Positions 39,401 to 53,034 are shown, counted from the first letter of the stretch. The stretch: 64,000 nucleotides of DNA from Balanoglossus misakiensis (GCA_040954595.2 CM082591.2:332418-396417); one strand, 5' to 3'. The notes: a model not told the origin generated them from the sequence alone. Program-made: numbers and translations.

Positions 39401-42400
39401 TTGTAAAAATAGAATTCATCACTGTATGTACACATTCAAGATAAAAGGATCAGTGCCCTGGGATGCCAGGGTATGCTGAACAATTTTCTGTTGGAACTGT
39501 GCCTGTTAAAATATTAATTCAGATATTTCTGCAGCAAATAGACTCATAACTCATATAACACAATGGTCCAATTACAATATAGATTCATTCTGTGTGTTAC
39601 GGAGCGTGAATGTGGTTTGAGTAAAATAAACTTCATTGGTTGGAAATAGGCTCTGTGAGGTTTGAGATAAATGAAATTAGTGTCCAATGTGTCTTGAGCA
39701 CGACTTTGTGGTGGGTGTCCTAATCTAAACACTCTACCGGTGTCCAATTCTCACTATGGTATGTGTTCCTTAAATACGATTTCGTTATCTTGACGAGTAA
39801 TAAAAATCTCATGTGCTTGACAGAATTTCAAGAGAGCTGATTACTGCGATGTATAAATTGTGTTATTTAAACCAAAAGCTTCAATACAAAATCAAATGTA
39901 AAATTTCTATCCAATCATGCAGAATATCCACTAATTAGCTGTATGTTTTTACGTCAATCAATACAATGCAATTAATTGTATTTTATTTCCATCTAAAATG
40001 CAGACACACAATGATGGCTGATGAAGTGCAGTTGCTCAGAGGCCTGGCCACTGAGGTACGTCGATATTCTGCCTTCTGGAAAAATATACAAGACTCTTGA
40101 AATGCTCAACTACATAAATAATGTATAGCACCATATCTATGAACTAAGAAACCAGTTTTATAGTATCTCCCTGAGATGATACAGTTAAATTTTATCCATG
40201 ACATAATCATGTATTTATTTTCATGTGAATTCCACTGTGACTACCAGCTGCTTCTTTAGATTTCTATATTTAGAAATGTTTTACAAAAACTACCAGTCAG
40301 TTTTTATTGATATTTAATTTTTGTCAATATTATTGACAGTTACTTCTGGGAAGACAACATTCAGCAAAGTGTAGTACTCATAGTACTTGGTATCAAAAAT
40401 ATGCAGACAACAAAACAGCATTGATCATACACTGTCAGAATCCACATAAATGTGCAGGCTGAAATTTACGCCGAAATCAATATTTTGTCAGTTTCAATAA
40501 GTCCTGCATAAATTATAATACTCAATAAAATCTACACAGGTCGGTAAAATTCATTTCAGAACTTTGTATGATTTATGAACTCATAAAAAAGGAGACTGCA
40601 TTAGTCTTCTCTTTGGGTCCTTGAGTTTCCAGGGCAGAACTGCATGAATAGTGTCTGGACGATGAAAACTGCTCCGAAGGCTAAATTATACACACACCCA
40701 GGAGACACTTAGTCACAATCAAGGCTTACAAACAGCTCCCTTATCTTCTTCAAGACTCTTGTTTGCCAGAGCCAGACAGGAAATGTTGCACTTAATATAA
40801 ATCGTGATCAGGGATAACTTAACACCATCACTATGGAAACGGTGATATTTGGGAGCATTTATGCCTATCTGAAGTGGTTCATTCTTAAGTGCTGGGGTGA
40901 TAACATTTTGTATCGTAATCCATGGCAACTGAGTTCGCTAAAAAGGGGAGGGTCAGGTTGGGTGTTATGCACATGGAGACTTTCGGGTCAGTCTTTTATG
41001 ACTATATAAAGTAGAGCGTAGTTTACATCTTGTCTGGTAATTCTTCTAGTCCTGTTAATCACACCATGTGGACTTGTGAATATAAAACTGAAACATGATG
41101 AAAGAATCCTTGCCACAGAAAATAACTGGTGCGATGCTAAACCATTGTTAGAAATCTAAATTTCATTAAATATCTGAAAACGTAGGAGACTGACGGAACA
41201 ATGAATGCATAGAGAATGTACATTGTCAACTCTTTCACCCCCAGTTCCTTCTTTATAGAGGTCCAACCATACCCTAGAAAACAATGAGCTTGGACTGAAC
41301 CATGGTGGTGAAAGGGTTATTTCAATGATCAAACTTGTTTACTTGTAGTATCCAAATTACTATTCAAATTCCAATGGCGAGTTTCAGATATGTCCCTACA
41401 CATGTTTAATTAGAGAACAAAAATCTAACATGGACAAATGCATGCAAACAATGAAACTGCCACGTTGAAAGCTGGGATTTCTTTCAATTGTCTCTCCCCA
41501 GGAATTTCTAATAATGTGATACTTAATTTACATAACAATACACATAATTTAGTTATAATGTATTATAATGAAAAATGAGAAAACAACTGAAAACAGAATA
41601 AGGCCTAATGCTATCACATAAAGGCCAAGTTCATTCTGTTTAAATTGCCCTTATATGGATGGGAGTGAAGGGGTCAAAGGTTAATGAGTTAGTATTAACC
41701 CCTTATATGGATGGGAGTGAAGGGGTCAAAGGTTAATGAGTTAGTTTTAACTCATAATTATGAGATGAGGTCAGAGGTCACAAGAGGGCAGTGTCACTTA
41801 CCTCACTGATGTCTTGGTGCCGACTTTCCGTCGCGTCCTCTCGTTGCACGCGTCAATCATTCTTTTAAGAATGAACAAACACTCACGAAACGCACCGAAG
41901 AACGGATGGTGACTAATGATACATAGTGACGTCAGCGAATTGTTCCGAATTCGTTTGGCTGTTTTGATCCGTCTCTTTGTTCGAGGTGACTTCTCTTCGT
42001 CATGATCAGAACTCGGAACGTTAAGAGAAGTCTGTTCATACGCTTTCTGATTCTCGTTATGGTTCGTCTTCTTCTCCTTGCTTCGATGTTCCGATACTTT
42101 CTTCTCAAACGGCCGATAGAAATTAACGCACACTCCATATCGCACTCTTCCCGAATCTTTCTCCGTCAGTGTAAATGTAAACGAGGTGTTCTCCCTCAAA
42201 CTCATTCTTCTCTGTCCAACACTGATGCATCCTTCCGGTTGACAAAAGAAAATCACGTCTGGAGGCAATGGAAAATCCTGATGATCATCCATCGGATATC
42301 TCCGGAGCATATCCGGCGTCTGTGCAACATTGTTATTCTGATTAGGATACCTTGCCCCAACGATAACTAAATAATCGATAAGTCGAGGGCAGAAAAACTT

Positions 42401-42436
42401 CTTCTCTTTGTGAGGGGCATATTTATCTTCCCCCAT
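18456..42436 (-). CDS. MADD: MAP kinase-activating death domain protein / Rab3 GEF (DENN-MADD), ~24 constitutive coding exons
   Basis: uDENN start [44 protein letters not shown]; DENN core [23 protein letters not shown] and [30 protein letters not shown]; [19 protein letters not shown]; [12 protein letters not shown]; [20 protein letters not shown]; [24 protein letters not shown]; [11 protein letters not shown]. Exons by eye: 42436-41802, 36518-36224, 33676-33545, 33439-33326, 33086-33006, 32136-31804, 31516-31177, 30950-30697, 29953-29386, 29043-28923, 28763-28586, 28356-28020, 25379-25341, 25202-25089, 24919-24627, 24410-24250, 24030-23910, 23737-23521, 23321-23214, 23050-22886, 22619-22547, 22315-22209, 18823-18754, 18634-18456. 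Confidence 0.97.
19249..19334. mobile_element. ~85-bp MITE (copy 3, diverged)
   Basis: ataa|ccctttcaccccc...ggtccaacc...tgggtttgg...aaagg|ttaa. Confidence 0.7.
19606..19614 (-). other. Candidate 9-nt MADD microexon (GAG TTT GAG, E-F-E)
   Basis: Minus strand: actaat branch point, pyrimidine tract, two TGC, aag|GAGTTTGAG|gtatat; phase-0 host intron. Confidence 0.55.
21246..21251 (-). other. Candidate 6-nt MADD microexon (CCA AGA, P-R)
   Basis: tag|CCAAGA|gtaagt preceded by a ~140-nt AG-free zone with a pyrimidine tract and several TGC; phase-0 host intron. Confidence 0.55.
25773..25775 (-). other. Candidate 3-nt MADD microexon (AGA)
   Basis: aacag|AGA|gtaaga preceded by a ~200-nt AG-free zone, a gactaat branch point and a long pyrimidine tract. 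Confidence 0.5.
25943..26597. mobile_element. Probable non-autonomous transposon remnant containing a ~185-bp imperfect palindrome
   Basis: Inverted arms spanning 25943-26126 around a cgagccgcaggcgag centre; CpG-rich relative to flanking intron; right boundary approximate. Confidence 0.5.
26694..26900. repeat. ~96-bp tandem repeat, ~2.2 copies
   Basis: atggcagtcatgtggg recurs at 26694, 26791 and 26886 with near-identical spacers. Confidence 0.9.
27755..27839. mobile_element. 85-bp MITE (copy 4), intact TTAA TSD
   Basis: ttaa|ccctttcacccccagttcc...catggtggtaaaaggg|ttaa. Confidence 0.85.
30189..30261. mobile_element. 73-bp MITE with AGGGG termini and a TTAA-like flank (Kolobok-like ends)
   Basis: tcaa|aggggttcagtcac ... 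gtgactgagcccct|ttaa; 14-bp TIR with 1 mismatch; single copy in the window. Confidence 0.6.
30572..30589 (-). other. Candidate 18-nt MADD microexon (MTQHVS)
   Basis: aatgctgcatcttttatcacag|ATGACTCAGCATGTTTCA|gtgagt; phase 0 on both sides. Confidence 0.55.
38214..39370 (-). mobile_element. Helentron-associated non-autonomous element (HINE/DINE-1-like)
   Basis: Minus strand: 5' gggcccaagc, nearby inverted copy gcttgggccc, a (tttc)n microsatellite, internal ~155-bp repeats (aatatggccgcc at ~38705, 38860, 39160), 3' gcttgggccc, stem-loop gctgc-tt-gcagc, T-rich end. Confidence 0.8.
41230..41316. mobile_element. ~85-bp MITE (copy 5)
   Basis: tcaa|ctctttcacccccagttcc...catggtggtgaaaggg|ttat. Confidence 0.8.
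41648..41751. repeat. 52-bp tandem duplication
   Basis: cccttatatggatgggagtgaaggggtcaaaggttaatgagttagt occurs twice. Confidence 0.9.
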
Positions 42437-43675
42437 TATAACGGTTGGTGGTTCTGAATGAAATTTAGAATGTTACTTTAGCTTCAGATTTCATTTTCAG
42501 CACATGTTGACACAGGCTGGCCAGCAGCATCTGAAAATTGCCAGAGAAAAAAAAAGGTTTTGATTTGTTACTTGTTACGTACTCAGGATCGTACATTTTG
42601 GATATGGTAAATAATCAAATTTTAGTCAATATGCATGTGACCTCGAAAGAAAAATCACTGGCTAAAATTTAGGAAAAAAGTCACATTAGTAGTATCTGTC
42701 TTAAAAGTTGAATTTTTAAGCTTGTCAGAAATAGTTTCTTTTTCATATGCGTATTGATTAGACACCGCAAATACATGGATTCAGTTGTTCTTCAACAATG
42801 TAATACAATTTAGAAGTCTATTCATGCCGATTGAGTGGGTGTTATGTGAGCTTTTCAGTGATCAAAGGCACATTTGCATGGCTTCCGTCAAGTTTTGACC
42901 AATTCATTCAGAAGACTGAAAAATTGACCCAAAAATTTGATACAGGGTAAATCCATCATATATTTAATTAATAATAATAAGAAAACAGTTTCCCCGTTTT
43001 GACAGCTATCAAAAAAATGCTGTACACTGTACACCAGTTTGTGCTGAACGTTGCCATTCTAAACTCAGCTATTTTTAATTAGTTAATGAATAAACAAATA
43101 TACGAGTCCAAACAAAGTTCCAAATATCGTCACTGCATATTTGTGGGCGGGGTACGTCAACAAATTGTGTACCTTTTAAAACGTACGGCTAAGAATAGCG
43201 ATAATCGATATCTGTAAAAAGCTCCATGCTATGGGAACGTTTACCTCACGCGCCCCCATTAGGGGCCGGGGCTATAATCGTTTCGTCCAATCAATTATAG
43301 TACAGACGGCCACTGCGGTACCTTTCTTAAGTTCCTGAGTTTTTCAGCAGTATTAAAGCACAGAAAACGTTCATTTCATTCAAAATAAAAATGAAAGGAA
43401 CATGTACGCGGCCCCGTTCAACACCGGAAACTGAAATGTACTAGTAATACATTTCATTGGGACATGCTATGAATAGTAGTAGGATATATGTGGTCGCGCC
43501 TTAATTGATCATAAGACCCTTAATTGATCATAATGTTGCTCAAATTGTTAAAAATTCTTTTGAAATATTAACCGCGAATAACCGTGGTTTTATATTCCAC
43601 CAATGAAAAATAAATTATCATATTTTTCTATCGTTTGCTGCAAATCAACATAATAATGTATTGAGCTTTACGTCA

Positions 43676-44180
43676 AAGATGGCGGGTGTCAGACGGAATA
43701 ATTAATTTTAAGCGTCTTACTTTTCTTGTTGGAGACCGCTTCTTCCGCATAAACAAGTCAAAAACTGAAGCTACATTATCAAGGCTTTGTCTTTCTACCA
43801 ACCAATTAAACTGTCAGTGGAGCTAAGAAACGACAGTGTCGGAATTTTTCGATAACCTATCCAGCGTCTGGTTAGACTGATTCAGTACGCTCTCAATATC
43901 TAAGCTCAGTTTTCCACGATCGACCAACCACCTGCGCTAGGAAAACGCCACTTACCTGCGGTTTCAGAAAAAGATATTTTACTGCACGATACTAGAGAAC
44001 ATATTCTTCTTCCCTGCAAGCTGTTTCGCTTAAATTTTGATTCGGTTCTTCTATATAGCCCAATATTTTAAGAGGAGACAGCTCGCGATACACTACGATT
44101 CAGCAGCTAGTGATGATGGCGTCCCTCAATCAATGAATTTGTGAATTATGCATACGACAACTGACAGGCATGACGTCATT
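43676..44180 (-). promoter_or_regulatory. Probable MADD promoter and non-coding first exon
   Basis: Minus-strand donor cgcag|gtaagt at ~43955 and acceptor ttttcag at ~42530; AAGATGGCGG (YY1-like) at 43676, GATGGCG at ~44115, TGACGTCA at 44171. Confidence 0.5.
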
Positions 44181-46044
44181 CTATAAACACACCCACACAT
44201 GACACAGGTCAGGTACAGCTTATCAGCTAAGCCATTCGCTACTTCTATATTGATCACAGATTCATTCAAAGTATCCTATTTTTAACATCACTTAAGTGCA
44301 TCTATCAGACGACCAAGTACATAGACTTCGTTATACATCAACTGACAAGTTCATTTTCCGTACGCGTAGGCCTAGCGCCTAAGTTAAGTTTCATGAATTA
44401 AAGAGTGTCATTCACAAACAGAAAGACAAAGAATTTGACAAGGCTTTGTTTCAAATGGTTTCTAAAGTTGCTTCGGGACAGGGTTTTCCAATATTGTAGG
44501 ACTATTTATGACATACTCTGCCGGTAAAAACGAAGAAGATCAAAATGATCATGAATGCTCGGAGATGAAAGTTTGAAATGAACAAACATTGTGTTTATAT
44601 CAATTGACGTTTTATAATGACAAGAATTAGCCCCTATGCAATGAAATTTCGTTAAAAATAAATCCGTCAACCTATTCACACCTCTCCCCTTGCCGTAATA
44701 GGGTGTGTCAAAACCATATGAGCAACTGAGGCATAGCTGGAGCTCAGACCTTTTCGCAATACGTAAATTTCGTTCATTTCCATGCACAAGCACATCATCC
44801 GAACTGAGGACGAACAACACTACACTGCAGCACACTACATGTAACACCACAGCATAAAGATCAACCTCCCTTTCAGAATATGTGGAACACTTGCAACGTT
44901 TGTCAGCACAGTTTATATACACTCACAGACCCAATTAAAATGGACGGGTCAATGCAAAACTTCTGCGCTGAAGGAAGGTCCAGTAAAACTGTCGAGTCAA
45001 CGTTATTGGTTTCAAATAATTTTATTTTTCCTTGAGCACCAGCCCCCATTTGTGGACGCTATTGGTAAGTTGTACATACAATTACTACTTCTGGATTCGT
45101 TTCAGATTGTATATCTAAATCTAATTTTCACACCAAGGCAGCGAAGTTTATCAACACACAAAATGAAAGTCATACAAGACACGAACAAACAATATAGACA
45201 CAAGAACAACTGTATTCAGACAAAGAAAGTCTTGCGCATTCCTTTCATGAAGCACATGCAACAAATATAAATAAATAAATAAATTAGATGGAAATAAAAA
45301 CAGAGACAAATCCTGCAACTTGAAAATGACAACTATTTGAAAGGAAAAAAATTGCAAGCATGCTACCACAATTTTATAAACAGGCATCACATTATTTTTC
45401 ATTTCACAATACAAGTAATAATTTTGTGAAATTCAACGATCTCTTGACAGCCATGCACCACCTCTAGTTTAATATATAAAATCTACATCTCCATTTTGTC
45501 TTTAAATGTAATTTTCTAACAAGGCATTATCATGAAGACAATTGCCACGTTCTTGCCCCTGAGCCATAGAGTTCATCGCACTTTGGGAAGTCACAAGTCA
45601 TCTCTGAACATGTACACAAAATATCTTTACAGGTTTCACATTGTTTTTGAACGTAATACTGAACAATCACATACTTTTCATTATTTGCAGGAACGATTGT
45701 AAACCATTTTGCTCCATATCATCGCATGCGCGCATGATGTGCACCCTCTATTGTCAATACGTTGGTTCACTAACGTTTATCCGAGTAGCAGATGCCTTGG
45801 GCGATACATATAGATTTTGTATCTCATTCCAAGGAACACTGACACTCACCGTATACAAATGGTTTAATCAGATCCCTTGTTTCACTGGTAAATAATGTAA
45901 TCTTTCTTTTCCTCAGAAAAAGAACAATTTAAGTACAATGTAATACATATAATTTAATTGAGTACTCCAGTTTTATAAAGTTCGAATGCACTTCTAAAAT
46001 GACAGATCTGCAAAGACATTAAATTCACTGAGAGGTAGAGCGGG

Positions 46045-46105
46045 CGAGAGAGAGGGAGAGAGAGAGTGAGAGAGAGAGAGAGAGAGCAAGACAGACAGAC
46101 AGAGA
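46045..46105. repeat. (GA)n/(GACA)n microsatellite in the GTPase 3'UTR
   Basis: gagagagagggagagagagagtgagagagagagagagagcaagacagacagacagag. Confidence 0.9.
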
Positions 46106-46242
46106 AATTGAAAGTGGGTAAAAAGAAAGGCTTGGAAAGGCTTTTTACAATCAATTTTTCTCCGAAGTGCTTCCAACTTTAAAACGCAGGCGTGACCCAG
46201 TCTGTAAATATCCTCCTAGCACCAATCACGTGTTTATCTTGT

Positions 46243-47465
46243 CTAGAAAATTGCACTAGCAGTTCTTTCGAGTCTCCTCATTAAAGCACGAATCGGCTTG
46301 GGGCTGGACATCCCTGATGGTGACGTGGACTTCTTCTCGAACCTTCCAAGGGGGCTGTGCGTTTCCTTTGACTTGATGATCTACAAGAGAGCAGGAATTA
46401 AATTTAAATGGAGAACAATCAACAGGTGGTAAGAGATAATATGCAAATAGTAATCGATATGCCACATAACGTGTTCGCGTTATATTTCTCTGTTGCTGCT
46501 TTTGCTATAGCATTTCGTCTACACTTCTATAACTCTTGTTGCTGTCACTGCTGCTATTTCTATCCACTGCTGTTCTGAAGCACACATGAATATTAGTATC
46601 TGACGAACTATTTTCATTTTTACGTCACGCAACAAACAACTTGCACACATGGTGTCTGTCAATGTTGAGTAACTCACAGCCTCCCCGATACATTCTGAGC
46701 AAGCAAGTCTTTCTATGTTACTGGGTTTAGCAGAGCAGTATCGTGTTACCTACCCTTTTCAGTAAACCCTGGAATGCTGTATCTACTGTCGTGGTTCCGT
46801 CTGCAGCTGAAACCTCAATGAATGTACATCCAATGCAGTCAAACTCTTGTGACAACTGCCTGCCTTCTATCCAAGAAATCTCCCGAAGGTGTCCCAAATC
46901 ACTTTTGTTTCCAACTAAGGCAACCGGGTGAGGGCGTACTCCAATTTTGGTTTCAGTTCGTATGTATTTCAGGATTTCCCTGGCTTTTTGGAAAGTTCCC
47001 CTGCTCGCAATGTCATATACAACAATCACACCGTCAACTTTCTTGAGGTAGTTCACATCTTCTTCCTACGAATTGTGAAGAAAAGAGGAAATATTGAGAT
47101 CCAAACAGAGACACAGAGATAAGAAAAAACACATCAAAATTTCCACAGCAAATTCCTTGCCGGTATCACCGAAAAATTATTTAACTTACCAATCCTGCTG
47201 TATCCGTCACTAACACATTCACAGCGCCATCCTCGAGAAAAACTTGACGTTCATAGGAATTTTCTGAAGACGACAGAAAGAACAACGACGTTATCATCAC
47301 GCTTTTGGTATTAGTTGGATTTCACACTCTCATTTCCAGTAAATGTAGACCTCAGAAAAAAACTCAGTCTAAACTTGTATATAACATGCAGCTGATCGTT
47401 CACCTTACCTAAAGTGGACGCATATTCTGTCAGAAAACGCCTAGCCAGAAAACGAACCGTTAACG
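46243..47465 (-). CDS. Ras-family small GTPase, RERG/RASL11/RASL12-like. Exons 47465-47409, 47263-47190, 47065-46754, 46380-46243; first (G1) exon not located
   Basis: Spliced: ALTVRFLARRFLTEYASTL|ENSYERQV..VTDTAGL|EEDVNYLKKVDGVIVVYDI..ALVGNKSDL..FIEVSAA..LLKR|IIKSK...ERTASAIF*. G2-G5 motifs present, no CAAX. Confidence 0.88.
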
Positions 47466-50400
47466 CTGTAAAGAAAAAGAAACGAAATATCAATAGGTCG
47501 CCCTCTAGGTAATATACTACCGACAGAAAGTCTGTATTCGTTGTTTCAATGAAATACTCATCTTCCTCGTGAAAACACATCAATCATTTAAAGAAAAACT
47601 ACCACAAATATAATTTGAGAACGTTGCGGGTTTGTCTTGCAGTGGTAAGAACATTTCACGGTTCAACAAAGGGTATGGTGCGAAGTGAATTTGATAGACT
47701 GAAATCAGTGACACATTTTGAAGCGTGCAAGTGCTCCGCGGTAATGGGTGAGTTTTGCATTTAATTGGAAGTAAACACGATTTAATTGGCAACGGGTCCA
47801 ATCAGACACGGATTTCTAGATTTTCAAGCCAGCTGATCAACGCTTACATGCCTTAGGCAGCTTTTCTTAAGACCCGCAGCCGCCATTATCACTGGCACCC
47901 ACTCTCAAGACACCCATTAAGACGCTGATTTGTCTGAAACATTGACATCGATGACGTCATCATTACGCAATTTCATCATCAAATTCACATTCCCCAGGCA
48001 AGGAAAATCTTGTAGACGTGTACCACGTTTCCGGGGTCAGGGGTGACACCTACGCCCTAGATTGTCCCTGACAACTAATTAAAGATCGGGAGGGCTAGCG
48101 ACTTCTAACCCTTACATCCCCCACCGTGGTGCCAGTTACAGCGGTAAGAGTTTGATCAATCCGTCTAATAAAAGAGAGAGTAATAGCATTCTCTGTGAAA
48201 ACCGTATTCCTTTCATTAGTTCGTGCTTAAAGAACAATCTAGATTCAAAAGATCTGGCGATGCCCAAACTGTTATTAACGACAAGTCGCCAAATGACTGC
48301 AAGATATATAGTGCTCTATCGGACTTGTACAGATCACCACGCGGGGTGTTAAACGTTTGGCTATTTTAATAGATGTAGTCACATGACATATCCCGACATC
48401 TTGGGACTCGTAAATTTACGGACTTCAATATATCCCAGCTGTATATACTGGCCATGGGAGGTTTTTAACTTAGATGTGTTTTTTTTCGTCACGCTACGGA
48501 ACTCCGGGTGTATCGCATGAAATAGATCATCCCCACAACAAATGATAAAATGTCAAAACGTTTTATTGGTAGAATTTATAGCGTGCGAGAATGATGATTG
48601 ATTACAGGTATCAATGTGTTTTCAGAGTCATTGAAAACCAAAATAGTATGACAGCTGTATGGATTCCATGAATGGATATTGACTTATACTTTACATAACA
48701 TTGATTCATGTCAAAATTTAAGAACATGAAGTGATGGATGCGATTATCATAGCCTCTCCTTTTTAATTGAAATATCGCATTACATCGAAACACGTTGCTG
48801 ATTTCGTCATCGAGTAAGAGAGAAAAAACGTCGGTCAGAGATCTTGCGCGTTTGAACGCTTTCTTGCGATTGCAAAGAAGAGTGACTCTGCTTTGCTCTG
48901 TAAAATTGAAATCCTGAAACAATTACGACCCAAGTTCCCAACGTGCACAAAACAACACTCCAAAGTTCACAGCCTTCATGTTGTTTTTGTCGATCGGATC
49001 ACTTCAAACCATTTTATAATGTGGCTATCGACTGAATGAACTGATGAACCGAGATATGGCAAAGTGCGTTTGTACGCCTTGTAATGGCAGAGAGTAAATT
49101 GATAAGTGGAAAGTCGTTTTTTTTCAAGGCCATGATCTCATCTTTTGAGCCGATAGCCCAAATATAACTGAAAATTGTTATTTAAAATTTGTTTGCATCA
49201 GCCGCGTTCCCCAAAGTCTCTGAGGAATATTATCTTTTCGTTTTTGTGGAGTTGGCAAAATAACTTCGATTTCCTAATGCAACGATAACAGTGAACAGTG
49301 CATTCACACTTAACTTGACTTGGCAGATCTCCCTAGACTCGCGTTGAAGTGTCGATTGCCGGAACTGATTGCGCTTTATTCTTGCAGAGTATATGGGTGG
49401 CATCATTTACAACCACGTGGCGAGGAATTACGTAGTGACTAATATCCGCAAATCTACCAATTTAACGCACAGATGATTCAATTTCACAAACCATCGCTGC
49501 GTCTTCACAAACCACTGCACAATGTTCTCTTCTGACGGACCTGATGAAATCCTGCACGAATTTGCATTCAATTACCGGAACAGACTGTGAATTTCTACGT
49601 CGTTTGAAATTCGCCTCGTCATGATACAATCGACCCGTATGGTCATGATGTCCACCCGCAAATACGAATTCCCGTAAAAATTTGATGGCTTGTCTCGGCT
49701 ACAGGTTGACCCGTAGCGATCTCTTTTTGGTGTGAACACGGCATCGCCGACTCGCTCTCCAATGATGCAATTAATATTCAAGGTGAAAAATCAACAGTGT
49801 TTCCAAACATTCTCATAAATCATAAAATGGCAGAATTTATGCGTTTTAGTCCTATTTATGATTGGCGACTCAAGAATACTTTCACGAGTTCTCTTTTTTT
49901 ACTGCAAGGCAGAAGAAAGTTCATACAGGGGCTACATGCACGCATCTCTGATCAAAAGCGAAAATCAACAGATAGACGTGAGTCTGCTCTTAATGAAACT
50001 CTACATTTGATGTGGTCCTACGCCGCAAGCTAATTTTGACTAAACTAGTTTTAGAATCCTGGACTCGTATTCTAAGTCAAATTCTTTCATCTAATACAGC
50101 ACGCCAACTGTTTAGCCATTCTATACTCGTGTTTCAGCAATCTCTACCCTGAATGTACAAATGATGTCGATTTTAACGACAATAGCAAACCTGGAGTAGA
50201 TAAGAAGAGATGATGTTATCTGCGTGAAAACGGCGTACATCATTAACAAATTCTCTGTATGGTTTGTGACAGGTACTCCCTTTACCCCGTAAATATTACG
50301 ACTTGGATTTTATTGCAGTTAGAGAGAGGAAGAGTGTGAACCTCAAGTCTGACAAACCCAATATTCCTTGCAAAGTCAACACAACAGCGCCAAGCCCAGC

Positions 50401-53034
50401 TGAGATTTGTCTTTAGTCTGAAAGACGAGGCAGATGGGCAGGTGTGGGCGGGTCAGCCACATCCCCCATATGCTTGGAAAACGCCACTAAAACACGTGGA
50501 AGCACAAACTCTTTCATAGATATTTGTTCTAAACTCAAGCGCTCTCCGGTGGAACAACCGAATATGACCGAGGTTATTTTTCGCAGATGCTGTACACCTA
50601 GCGGACAACACAAGTCAAGGTGGGTTGAGTCATTTAGCGGAGAAAATCGAAAAACACATTCCTTACAAAACAAACACTCTCGTTTCTTCATCAGAGCAAA
50701 CAAACAATCCCGTCGATAGAAACATAGATACCACCTGTGGGTCGCAGTACACCCCGGTGACGAAATTACAAAATGCAAAATGGACGTCGTCTGCACTCGT
50801 TGTGCACGTACACCTCATTATCTAGGCAACTGCAATTTGAGATTAATGGCACGAAAAGTGAATTGCCTTGCAGAAAAACGCAATAATTATCCCGCCTATA
50901 AAGACCTATAATCACATTGCACGGTCGTGTATATGCAATACTTTCTTATCCACAACAACGTTCCGGCGTTTTCAATTTTTCAATTTAAACTACAATCCTC
51001 TGCTCATCAATCCAAACCAGCCCCATGGACTTGTACTGTGATGCTTCTGGTCACATTTAATGCAAATGAAGACAATGACGCAGATCATTACAGGTTACCA
51101 TGGAGATAACTTGATTCTGAACAGGAAGCGACCACAGCTTGTAGAGGAAAATACTCGAAAGTGTCCGAACCTAGACGTGTAGGCATTTTTGTTCACATGA
51201 ACAGACACTGATGAAAGCCACTTTTGCATGGTTGCACAAAACGTTTAATTTGTGCCCATTGACTTTTTAGATTTCTTCTGATTAAGCGTGTACTTGCGAA
51301 GAATGCAGGAGTGATATCAAACCAAATCGGTTGAATTAGAGACAAATTCCTTGGACATCACTGTAGCAATGGGTAACGCTCTCTGTTTTGCAACAAAGGC
51401 TTTTACGAGTGGCTTGCAGAACATAATTCTTGAGAAAAGACTTCCAGAATAAAATATATACACAATACTAACACACATTGAGTGGTTTGACAATAAATCA
51501 CATGGCCTCGTGATTTTGAAAAAAATTCCCTAGAGATGACAATTAACGATGTTTTAGTGTGTGTTTCGATGAATTACTAGCCCCCAGGTAAGACAACAAC
51601 CAACTTGTCTGTAATTTCATCAAACATGTCAAATCAGCCTGGAAAAGCGGTTGCCTGGCAACACTGATCTCCTTGGAGACGCGGGAGGAGAGGTTGGAAA
51701 CCGTCAGTGTATAACGCAATGTTACGGGACTGTCACACTTCGAATTTGGATTTTTCACAATACTTCGTTTTAGACCGTATCTAATATTTGTTTTCTTCCT
51801 GAAAATTATTTTACACATTCAATATTTCCTGGCCTGTGAATGTCCTAGGAATTCTCCCGGAAATGACGTCATGTTTATGATTACCTTATTTCATTCAAAT
51901 CCATAAATTGAGAAATTTCGAGATCAACTAGAGTATTCAATTTGTTGCCTACGTCATCGGTAATTACAAAACTGAGTTTGGGGCTCCGATTTGGTCAAGA
52001 GACCCGGTGTACACTCGCCCTACAGGTCGTCTATCAGACATTGACAGATCATTTTAATCCAGCGCCAGAAGCGATCTGCAATCCAAAAGCATTTAAGATT
52101 GACTTCAAGACGCGGGTGCGCATTTGATTGATTAGTTACTATCGTGACGTAATACACCCTTAAAGCCAATACGCACGAGCGTTTCAGAGGTGGGTTTGGA
52201 TAAGCTTTGAAAAATTCAACTTTGATGGCAGAGCCTGCAAGCCTAGTTACTTGCTCCGGGATTTTCTTCTGGTTTGAATTAAAATCTAAATTACAGAGTC
52301 TCCAAAAGAAAGCGATGCTTGTTTTCTTGAATGTACCTGTCGTGTACATCTGCTAAACTAACAAGGTTGCATTTGCGGTCTCCGAGTCTGTCTGAAGAGA
52401 AAACAGACCACAAGGCATGCTCGCAAAATCGAAATGAGAATTGAATTATCCCCCCCCCCTTTCCCTGCCCTGGATCGTGCTGGTTTGAGGCGTTCTGTCT
52501 GTAACGTTAAAAGCATTCAAGTCCATTTGGGTTTGAGAGAATATCTGGATGCTAACAGTCTCGACACACGGTTACGGAATTACTTGAAGGAGTTTAGGGT
52601 ATGAGAGACCCCCAAATGCCACTATATATGTGGCAAGCGATCGATATTTTACAATTAGGCTTTTTCTCCCCAAAGTTCACAGCCTACGTCAATGCCAGAA
52701 AAGTCACGGCAAGTAAGTAATTAGTTCATTTGAGAATTGAGTTAAAAAAAACGTTTGACGGGGGATTTGTCTATTTCAGGAAATGGCTATTTCGCGCAAG
52801 TCGGTTTATTTACTTAATGGCGGCAGAGACGGGTCTACGCATCGACAACAGAGGAAAAGTTGTTTTTCGCCTCATGGGTATTAACGAAAACTGTCCTCAA
52901 CTTGGAGAAAGACGTCACACAAATAAATCTGCGGGCGTACAACAAGCAATTTCTGGGCGAATACGAAACAATTTCCTCGACAAAAGAGCACCTCGATAAG
53001 TGATGTACTTGGGTGATGATGATATGATGATGAT

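Noticed and set aside
52336-52349. ATGTACACGACAG|gtacat as first exon of the GTPase
   Set aside because: Phase fits, but it encodes no G1 box and the donor is weak
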